NCBI GenBank assembly: GCA_040005235.1
Contig: JBDTZG010000011.1
Location: 32,001-96,000, forward strand
Direction of reading: 5' to 3'
Length of the DNA stretch: 64,000 nucleotides
Source: Acidobacteriota bacterium
GTDB taxonomy: Bacteria > Acidobacteriota > Thermoanaerobaculia > Multivoradales > UBA5704
This document shows positions 57,432 through 64,000 of the stretch, piece by piece (position 1 is the stretch's first letter; each line of letters starts with the position of its first letter). Under the pieces are notes generated by a model. The model saw only the letters and a program-made list of their open reading frames with translations, searched no databases and was not told the DNA's origin. A program made the position numbers and the translations under genes.

Positions 57432-58772
57432 GTGCCCGACACCTTCCCGCAGGGCTTCTTATGGGGTGCGGCGACCGCCGCCTACCAGATCGAAGGCTCG
57501 CCGCTCGCCGACGGCGCGGGCCCGAGCATCTGGCATCGCTTCGCCCATACGCCCGGCCGGATGGCGAACGGCGACACCGGAGACGTCGCCTGCGACCACT
57601 ACCGCCGCTGGGCTGACGACGTGGCCTTGATGCGCGAGCTGAACTTGAACGCCTACCGCTTCTCGATCTCCTGGTCGCGCATCCTCCCCGAGGGCACCGG
57701 CCAAGTGAACCAGAAAGGCCTCGACTTCTACCGCCGCCTGGTCGAAGCACTCCGAGAGGCCGGAATCGCCCCCTCCGCCACGCTCTACCACTGGGACCTC
57801 CCCGCGGCGCTCGACGACCGGGGAGGCTGGCTCAACCGAGATTCCGCCGCCTGGTTTGGCGACTACGCCGAAGTCTGCTTCAAAGCCCTCGGCGACCAGG
57901 TCGAAATGTGGGCGACGCTCAACGAACCCTGGGTGATCGCCGACGGCGGCTACCTCTACGGAACCCTGGCCCCCGGCCACAGCAACCTGTTCGAAGCCCC
58001 CCGCGTGGCCCACCACCTCCTGCTCGCCCACGCCACCGCGGTAGAAGCCTTCCGAACCCACGGCCCAGGAAAAATCGGCATCGTGGTGAACATCGAGCCC
58101 AAACACTCGGCCTCCGACTCGTCCGATGACCTAGCGGCCACCCAAAGAGCCGACGCCGCCATGAACCGCCACTACCTCGACCCCCTCTTCCTAGGCCGCT
58201 ACCCGGAAGAGCTCGCCCAGGTCTACGGCCCCGCCTGGCCCCACTTCCCGGAAGCCGACCTCGACCGAATCCCCATCCCCTTCGACTGGCTCGGCCTCAA
58301 CTACTACACGAGAGCCGTCGTCCAAGCCGACCCTCGCGCCTGGCCCACCGGAGCCATCAAAGTCCACCAACCCCGCTCGACCTACACCGAGACCCACTGG
58401 GAGGTCTACCCGCAAGGGCTAACCGAAACCCTCCAATGGCTCGCCGACCGCTACGGCCCCATCCCCCTCTACGTCACCGAAAACGGAGCGGCGTTCTACG
58501 ACCCGCCAACCGCGGAGGGTGGAAAGGTGGACGATCCGCTACGGGTCGAGTACCTGCGGGAGCACCTGCGGGCGGTGGGTAGAGCGATTGACGCCGGAGT
58601 GGACGTGCGGGGGTACTTCGCCTGGTCGCTATTCGACAATCTGGAGTGGAGCCTGGGGTACGCGAAACGGTTCGGGATCGTGCATGTCGATTTCGCGACG
58701 TTGGAACGGACGGTGAAGGCTAGCGGGCGGTTTTATGCGGGGGTGGTTCGGGCGGGTGGCTGCAGATTTTAA
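57432..58772 (+). CDS. GH1 beta-glucosidase
   Basis: FLWGAATAAYQIEG, YRFSISWSR, TLNEP, VTENG, DNLEW; AAGGAGG before the GTG start. Confidence 0.96.
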   Translation: MPDTFPQGFLWGAATAAYQIEGSPLADGAGPSIWHRFAHTPGRMANGDTGDVACDHYRRWADDVALMRELNLNAYRFSISWSRILPEGTGQVNQKGLDFYRRLVEALREAGIAPSATLYHWDLPAALDDRGGWLNRDSAAWFGDYAEVCFKALGDQVEMWATLNEPWVIADGGYLYGTLAPGHSNLFEAPRVAHHLLLAHATAVEAFRTHGPGKIGIVVNIEPKHSASDSSDDLAATQRADAAMNRHYLDPLFLGRYPEELAQVYGPAWPHFPEADLDRIPIPFDWLGLNYYTRAVVQADPRAWPTGAIKVHQPRSTYTETHWEVYPQGLTETLQWLADRYGPIPLYVTENGAAFYDPPTAEGGKVDDPLRVEYLREHLRAVGRAIDAGVDVRGYFAWSLFDNLEWSLGYAKRFGIVHVDFATLERTVKASGRFYAGVVRAGGCRF

Positions 58773-58786
58773 GCACCATGCTGATC

Positions 58787-58815
58787 TTGACATCCTATTT
58801 TTCGCAGAATATAAT
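58787..58815 (+). promoter_or_regulatory. Perfect consensus sigma70 promoter
   Basis: TTGACA 58787-58792, 17-nt spacer, TATAAT 58810-58815. Confidence 0.8.
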
Positions 58816-58838
58816 TGGCTCTTTAAAGGAGAACCGCC

Positions 58839-59036
58839 GTGAAAAAGAAGCATCGTACGCTTACCTTGCGCCGAGAAACTGTTCGGGAGCTAGCCGCAGG
58901 AACGACCGGCTTTATAGCAGGCGGCGCTTCCCTTGCGGTGACCGTTTGCACAAGTTGCCGCCAAACCTGCGGGAGATCCTGCTGGTGCAGCGAAGATACT
59001 GCCAATTGCACCGCGGACTGTAGTGCGATTTGCTAA
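58839..59036 (+). CDS. Cys/Ser/Thr-rich RiPP (lanthipeptide-like) precursor peptide, 65 aa
   Basis: AAGGAG RBS at 58826-58831; leader KKKHRTLTLRRETVREL; double-Gly site IAGG|A; core with 8 Cys and 10 Ser/Thr. Confidence 0.75.
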   Translation: MKKKHRTLTLRRETVRELAAGTTGFIAGGASLAVTVCTSCRQTCGRSCWCSEDTANCTADCSAIC

Positions 59037-59111
59037 CACGGTTCCTTCTGGGAGCTGAGTCGGTTCGTCGACCAAGAGCCGGCCTTCGTGAACGTGAGTC
59101 CTTAGAGTCAA
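59034..59111 (-). pseudogene. Truncated AF2212/DUF104-like antitoxin fragment
   Basis: TLRTHVHEGRLLVDEPTQLPEGTV resembles the N-terminus of this small beta-rich antitoxin family; the resemblance ends at the peptide gene's stop codon. Confidence 0.45.
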
Positions 59112-59183
59112 TGATGAAAGGATAACACGAGGACAGAAGGGCCTCGCCGCCCGGAAGGGTTGGTCGCCTCGCGCGGCGAGATC

Positions 59184-59609
59184 TCAACCCAACGAGGGCG
59201 TCTGGAGCGTGACCGACGGAAAATAGGTTCGGAAGCGCCCCCCGTCGGCTGTCGCGAGCGTCCACCCCTTTACCTGGGCATGCGCGCCGATGAAGAAATC
59301 GGGCAACGGCACGGAGGGAGCCTCGCGACCGGATTCAGCGCGTCGACGCTCTCGGTACTCCACATAAGCTTTAGCGCACGGCTCTGCGGCGGCAACCGGG
59401 ACATCAAGGAGGGTGATTCCCCAACTTCGGAGCCGGTCGGCGACGGCAGCCGGTTCGGCTTCGCCAACGCAAACCTCCGCGAGGCAAACTGCATTGACTG
59501 CCGCTCCATCCTCCGACACCGCTTCGGCAATCGTTCGCTGTGCCCATTCGAAAAAGGGCGAAGGTTCGGTGAAAGCGTAGATCAGGACGTTGGTGTCGAT
59601 GAGGATCAT
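59184..59609 (-). CDS. vapC: PIN-domain toxin (VapC)
   Basis: MILIDTNVLI, LAEV, LPDFFIGAHA, LATAD; ATG 59609 overlaps the antitoxin stop. Confidence 0.9.
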   Translation of the reverse strand: MILIDTNVLIYAFTEPSPFFEWAQRTIAEAVSEDGAAVNAVCLAEVCVGEAEPAAVADRLRSWGITLLDVPVAAAEPCAKAYVEYRERRRAESGREAPSVPLPDFFIGAHAQVKGWTLATADGGRFRTYFPSVTLQTPSLG

Positions 59610-59839
59610 GGTTCCCGGGTCATGGCCCTCAAGGCCTCCCAGGTCATTTTGGGTCGCAGGGGAGCTGCGGCCATGGCTTCGAGGCATCGATCCAGAGTCA
59701 TCCTCGGTTCCGGCTTTGGATGCTCAAGGCGCACCAAGAGCAGGCGGCCTTCACCCTGACTCTGGATATCGAAGATGTCTCCGGGATTGACCGCAGGAAG
59801 TACCACTCGCCTTTTCGCATCCGCTGTCGCCGTAGCCAT
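59606..59839 (-). CDS. AbrB/MazE-like antitoxin (VapB)
   Basis: ATADAKRRVVLP...PGD swapped-hairpin-like start; translationally coupled to vapC. Confidence 0.75.
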   Translation of the reverse strand: MATATADAKRRVVLPAVNPGDIFDIQSQGEGRLLLVRLEHPKPEPRMTLDRCLEAMAAAPLRPKMTWEALRAMTREP

Positions 59840-60025
59840 GGTGGGATTATCCCACCGAATCCTTAAGGACGCAACTGGCCGCCGAAAGCAGGATCGCGAA
59901 GCGGGCCGAAAGTCTGCGCATGCCGAATGCTGGCGACGAGAGGGCGGAAGCCGAACTTGAGAGGGTCCCGCTGCCGAATCCGTGCTTCCACTGTTCCAAC
60001 CGTCGATTGCGGTGGATCGGGCCAG

Positions 60026-61570
60026 TTACCCCGGTTGATTCGGGGCAGCGGCCATTTCTTCCCGCAGCTCCTGGATCGCAGCGAACAGGGTTTCTCGATC
60101 CTCTACAGGGAACACCACCACGACCTCCGGGGCGAGAGCATCAAACGCCTCTGGGCCGATCTTCTTTCTGAGGAGTGCCACTCGGACCAAATCGTCCTGC
60201 GGATCGAAGTCGGCGCTCAAGGAAAGTAGAAAGCCGGCCAAGGCTTCCCGCAGAGCTTCTGGGGCTCGACGGCTCGTGCGGTAGAGGTCTGAGAAGCTCT
60301 GGCAACACTTGGTCTGCCCGACTCTTTCTTCGATCGCCACGAAGATCGAACGGGCGGCCTGGAGGTGTTGCTCTCCTTCTTCGGTGCGGTGTTGAAAGGC
60401 GCACAGACGTCCCAAGGCCAGGAGCGTGTTGGCCTCGCCGAGGCGAAACTGATGTGACTGAAACAGCGCCAAGGCCTGCCCGTAGTGCGCCTCCGCCTCC
60501 TCTAGCCGGGAGGTTTGCGCGTACACCTCGCCCAAATTCAGCAGGGTGTTGGCTTCACCGTGACGATCACCGACCGATCGGAGGAGCGGTAGGGCCTCTT
60601 CGTAGTGCGACTCCGCCTCCGGCAGCCGATCCGTATGCCGGTACAGAACGCCCAAAGCTCCCAGGGTGTTCGCCTCGCCTAGGGGTTCTTGGCTCAACCG
60701 ATATAGGGCCAACGCCTGCCGAAACAGCGGCTCCGCCTCCGGCCTTCGAGAGGTGCGCAGGTACAGATCGGCCAAAGACCGTATCGTGTTGGCCTCGCCG
60801 ACAGGCTCCTCGACCGACCGGTACAGTTCCAACGCTTCCTTGAATCGAGGCTCCGCCTCCGACGGCCGAGACATCCGGACATAGAGATCGCCCAGCGACA
60901 GCAGGGTGTTGGCCTCGCCGAGACGATGCTCGACCGACCGGTAGAGCGGCAAGGCCTCCCGGAAGCGCAACTCCGCCTCCGCCAGCCGGTCCGTCTGGGC
61001 GAACAGGACGCCCAGAGACCGGAGGGTGCTGGCTTCGCCCGGTCGATCCCCGGCCGACTGGTACAGCGGCAAGGCATCCTCATAACGCGACTCCGCCTTC
61101 GAAAGATCGAAGGTCCGCGCGTATAGGTCGCCCTGGGCCTTGAGCGTATTGGCTTCGCCGAGAAGAGACTTCACCGACCGATAGATCGGCAGTGCCTCCC
61201 AAAATAGCGACTCCGCTTCCTCCAACCTGGAGGTCCGCAGGTACAGGTCACCTATTGACTTGAGCGTATTGGCCTCACCGACGTGAGATTGGATCGACCG
61301 ATAAAGCGGCAACGCCTCCCCAAAACGAACCTCCGACTCCGCCAGTCGAGAGATCCGCGAATACAGAAGGCCCAGAGCCAGAACCGTATTGGCCTCGCCG
61401 TGTCGATCCTCCATCGACCGATAGAGAGCTAAAGCCTCGATATAAAGCGACTCCGCCTCCGAGGGCCGAGACCTTTGCACGTACTGGTCGCCCTCTAAGA
61501 GCAACGCGTCGGCCTGCCGGCTCGTCGTTCCAGCCCAGCGACGGAGACTCTGGATCCACTTTGTGACCAT
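60026..61570 (-). CDS. Stand-alone TPR protein with about 10 tandem 40-aa repeats
   Basis: Repeat GEANTL..LG.LY..T.R..EAE..F.EALPLYRS; 120-bp periodicity visible in the DNA. Confidence 0.9.
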   Translation of the reverse strand: MVTKWIQSLRRWAGTTSRQADALLLEGDQYVQRSRPSEAESLYIEALALYRSMEDRHGEANTVLALGLLYSRISRLAESEVRFGEALPLYRSIQSHVGEANTLKSIGDLYLRTSRLEEAESLFWEALPIYRSVKSLLGEANTLKAQGDLYARTFDLSKAESRYEDALPLYQSAGDRPGEASTLRSLGVLFAQTDRLAEAELRFREALPLYRSVEHRLGEANTLLSLGDLYVRMSRPSEAEPRFKEALELYRSVEEPVGEANTIRSLADLYLRTSRRPEAEPLFRQALALYRLSQEPLGEANTLGALGVLYRHTDRLPEAESHYEEALPLLRSVGDRHGEANTLLNLGEVYAQTSRLEEAEAHYGQALALFQSHQFRLGEANTLLALGRLCAFQHRTEEGEQHLQAARSIFVAIEERVGQTKCCQSFSDLYRTSRRAPEALREALAGFLLSLSADFDPQDDLVRVALLRKKIGPEAFDALAPEVVVVFPVEDRETLFAAIQELREEMAAAPNQPG

Positions 61571-61694
61571 CGGAGGGACCTCGGGTTAGCTGCTAGTTCG
61601 GTCCCACAGTATGCCGTTTCGGCAATAGGGTGTCCCGCCCCACACCCTTTGCTGATTTGACGGTAGGCCTGGGTTTTCTTAGGCTCCCACTTCC

Positions 61695-62357
61695 GTGGTC
61701 TCCCGTCCGCTTCTCCTCGCCTGCCTTTGGCTCGCCGCGCTACCGGCGCTGGGGGAGAGGTTCGAATTCGTCCAGCCGGTGACGGGATCGACGCTGACGG
61801 CGGGGGACGAGGTGGCCGTCCGGTGGGCGGGTGCCCCCGCGGCGGTCCGGGAGATGGAGCTTTTGCTGTCGGTCGACGGCGGTCGTCGATTCGCGGTGCG
61901 GCTGACCCGCGAACTCGCGGGGGATGCTTCGACCTACCTTTGGCGCGTTCCCCAGCTGCCTTCGGGCGCTGCGCGGCTCGCGTTGCGAGTGAACCTGGAC
62001 GGGCGCGAGGTGGAAGTGGGGACGAGCGCGCCGTTTGCGATCGCAGCCGGTGTCGAAACTGCGGGACCGGCCGGTTCGATCGAGCTGATCCGCGGCGAGC
62101 TCTGGTGGACGGAACGGGCGGTTCCGGGGAGTGAGGGAGAGCACCTGGCGCTCGCCGGGCTCGATGCGCCTCTGCCCGAGCCGCGGGTTCTGCCGGCGGC
62201 GGGCGAATCGATGCTCGCCGATCTTCGATCTCCCGCTTTTGCGCCGCGGCCGGCGGCGCTCTCGACCTACGTTCCCAGGATGCCGGCGGCCTCCGGCCAG
62301 CCCCTTTCGACGCGCCCCGAAGCGCGTGCCCTCCTGCTTTCCCCTCTGCGTATTTGA
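61695..62357 (+). CDS. Exported hypothetical protein with Ig-like domain
   Basis: Signal LLLACLWLAALPALG; P..G.TLTAGDEV.VRW...LLSVDGG...YLWRVP. Confidence 0.7.
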   Translation: MVSRPLLLACLWLAALPALGERFEFVQPVTGSTLTAGDEVAVRWAGAPAAVREMELLLSVDGGRRFAVRLTRELAGDASTYLWRVPQLPSGAARLALRVNLDGREVEVGTSAPFAIAAGVETAGPAGSIELIRGELWWTERAVPGSEGEHLALAGLDAPLPEPRVLPAAGESMLADLRSPAFAPRPAALSTYVPRMPAASGQPLSTRPEARALLLSPLRI

Positions 62358-62389
62358 CGGCGCCGCCGGACCCCGACGGAACCTTTCGC

Positions 62390-62427
62390 GCGACCTCGGA
62401 ATCTTCGAGGTCGTAGAGCTTTTCTTC
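62390..62427 (+). terminator. Possible terminator/attenuator hairpin
   Basis: GCGACCTCG...CGAGGTCGT stem followed by AGAGCTTTTCTTC. Confidence 0.3.
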
Positions 62428-62524
62428 CGGCGGCGTTACCGCCCGGTCGCGCTCCTCCATGAATCGAGACGATTCCATTCGCGCGACGAAGCGGTGGTGC
62501 CGCGGGACAAATAAGGACGCCCTC

Positions 62525-64000
62525 ATGCGTACTCTTCGTTCGACCGGCTCGATGCGCCTTTCGCGCTTCGCGCTCGCATTTCTCCTCTTGCTTGCCCCCC
62601 TTCTTCTCTCCCTGCCGCTCGCGGCGCAGGCCCCGGGCATCGGTGCGCTGCGCGGCCAGGTGGTCGATGCTTCGGGCGCGCCGATTGGCGGCGCCGTGAT
62701 CTCGGTATGGAACGAGGACACCGGCTTTACCCGTACCGTCTCGACCGACGCCCTGGGCACCTATGCCTTCTCCGGTCTGCCGCTCACCGGCCATTACGAG
62801 ATCTCGTTTGCCCACGAAGGGCTCGCTGCCGAGAAGCGTTCGGGTCTGGAGCTGCGCGCCGGAGCGACCGCCACGGCCGATGCGGTGCTTCAGGCGCTGC
62901 CGGTGGAAGATGCGATCACCGTCTACGGCACGACCGAAGGGGTGCACGCGGATTCGCCCCAGATCGGCACGCGGATGGACGCCGAGCGGATCGCGGAGAC
63001 GCCGATCCTCGGCGGCAAGGTGACGGCGTTGCCGCTGCTCAACTCGGCGGTGCGCTCCGCCCGCGGCACGGGCGATCTGTTCTTGAACAACACACTGTTC
63101 GTGATCGAGGGGGGCGGCCGGCGCCAGGCGACCTACGTGATCGACGGCAGCGGTGCCGACGACTCGTGGGGCCGGCAGACGATCTTCACCAACGTTCCGC
63201 TCGCCGCGATCCAGGAGTTCTCGGTCCTGACCAACGCTTTCTCCGCGGAGTACGGCCGGACGACCGGCGGCGCGATTAACCTGGTTACCCGTGCGGGAAC
63301 CCATGACTTGAAGGGCGATTTCAACCTCACCGGGCGGCCGGGCGGCCTCCAGTCGAAGACCCCCGTCACCCAGCAGGACGCGCAGGACGAGCTGTGGCAG
63401 GGAAGCGTGTTCGTCGGCGGGCAGTTGATCCCCGACCGGGCGTATTTCTCGTTCGGCGGCGAGTACAACCGGCAAGATCGCGACTCGGTGATCACCTCGG
63501 CTTTGGCGCCCGGCGTGTTCACCGGCGAATATCGCCAATCGCTCCTGTTCGGCCGCATCGACGCAGACCTGTCGCCCGCACATCACCTGGTGGGGCGCGC
63601 GAACCTCGACCGCTTCACCGACTCGAATCCCGCCGACGCGGTGGGCGGCATCGCTCTGCCGAGCGCCGCGCGCACCTTCAAGCGGGCGGCCGAGGCGGCG
63701 CAGCTCGCGGAGAGCTGGGTGGTGAACGGCTCGACCTCGAACGACGCTCGGCTGGTCTGGCAGAACGGCGATCCGATCACCGAGTTCGAGCCGGCGCATC
63801 CTTCGACTCAGTTCGTCCGTCCGGGCGTTTCGACCGAAGGCGAGTCGCGCGTCGCGCACCTCACCAACCGGCAGGTGCAGTTTGCCGACACGGTCTCGGT
63901 CATCGCGGGCGAGCATCTGATCAAGGCGGGGGGCGATTACGTCCGGTCCCGTTCGGGCGGCGACGGCCAGGAGTTCGGCTCGCCGTTCACCCTCGGCCAG
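62525..64000 (+). CDS. TonB-dependent receptor with carboxypeptidase-regulatory-like N-domain (partial)
   Basis: Absent from the ORF track (no stop). ATG 62525 after AAGGA: MRTLRS...LLLSLPLAAQ...LRGQVVDASGAPIGGA; later AIQEFSVLTNAFSAEYGRTTGGAINLVTRAGT. Confidence 0.9.
   Translation, partial: MRTLRSTGSMRLSRFALAFLLLLAPLLLSLPLAAQAPGIGALRGQVVDASGAPIGGAVISVWNEDTGFTRTVSTDALGTYAFSGLPLTGHYEISFAHEGLAAEKRSGLELRAGATATADAVLQALPVEDAITVYGTTEGVHADSPQIGTRMDAERIAETPILGGKVTALPLLNSAVRSARGTGDLFLNNTLFVIEGGGRRQATYVIDGSGADDSWGRQTIFTNVPLAAIQEFSVLTNAFSAEYGRTTGGAINLVTRAGTHDLKGDFNLTGRPGGLQSKTPVTQQDAQDELWQGSVFVGGQLIPDRAYFSFGGEYNRQDRDSVITSALAPGVFTGEYRQSLLFGRIDADLSPAHHLVGRANLDRFTDSNPADAVGGIALPSAARTFKRAAEAAQLAESWVVNGSTSNDARLVWQNGDPITEFEPAHPSTQFVRPGVSTEGESRVAHLTNRQVQFADTVSVIAGEHLIKAGGDYVRSRSGGDGQEFGSPFTLGQ

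Noticed and set aside
57430-57630. Out-of-frame ATG overlapping the GH1 GTG start
   Set aside because: It is only 2 nt from the RBS and the product is low-complexity; probably incidental.
1-64000. tRNA, rRNA, integrase, transposase, prophage or reverse transcriptase genes
   Set aside because: None recognised by eye; short RNAs could be missed without covariance-model searches.

Overview
High-GC bacterial chromosomal segment; the gene content (ECF-kinase pair, signal-peptide TPR-CHAT proteases, carboxypeptidase-domain TonB receptors) suggests Acidobacteriota, possibly Thermoanaerobaculia (inference only). From left to right: (1) 1-11.3 kb, two paralogous PDZ-like/TPR/CHAT genes (the left one runs off the edge before any CHAT domain) bracketing an ECF sigma + Ser/Thr kinase pair and an oversized sigma-like/anti-sigma-like pair. 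(2) 11.5-13.3 kb, a secreted fibre-like protein, then a sigma70-like promoter, a 12-unit 21/22-bp palindromic non-coding array and a 133-aa helical protein. (3) A GT-C-like/DxDD terpene-cyclase-like fusion overlapping a UbiA prenyltransferase. (4) Aquaporin, alkaline phosphatase, PstS-OmpA fusion, a CheW-less CheA/CheY/CheX module and a PlsC-GNAT-PAP2 lipid operon. (5) ligD, pgm, xfp, ackA. (6) A putative type II R-M pair, a 21-bp palindromic tandem array and an abutting orphan type III-like CRISPR array (10 full repeats, no cas genes in the window). (7) A LacI-controlled beta-glucan (probably beta-1,2-glucan) utilisation locus. (8) An orphan Cys/Ser/Thr-rich RiPP-like precursor behind a perfect consensus promoter, vapBC, a TPR protein and a partial TonB receptor. 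The strongest candidates for undescribed biology are the two short-period palindromic arrays (each about 75-80 bp upstream of a small gene, one fused to and resembling the CRISPR repeat), the cyclase-like fusion/UbiA pair, the CHAT-sigma module and the orphan peptide. All family calls come from motif recognition by eye; no database searches were run.
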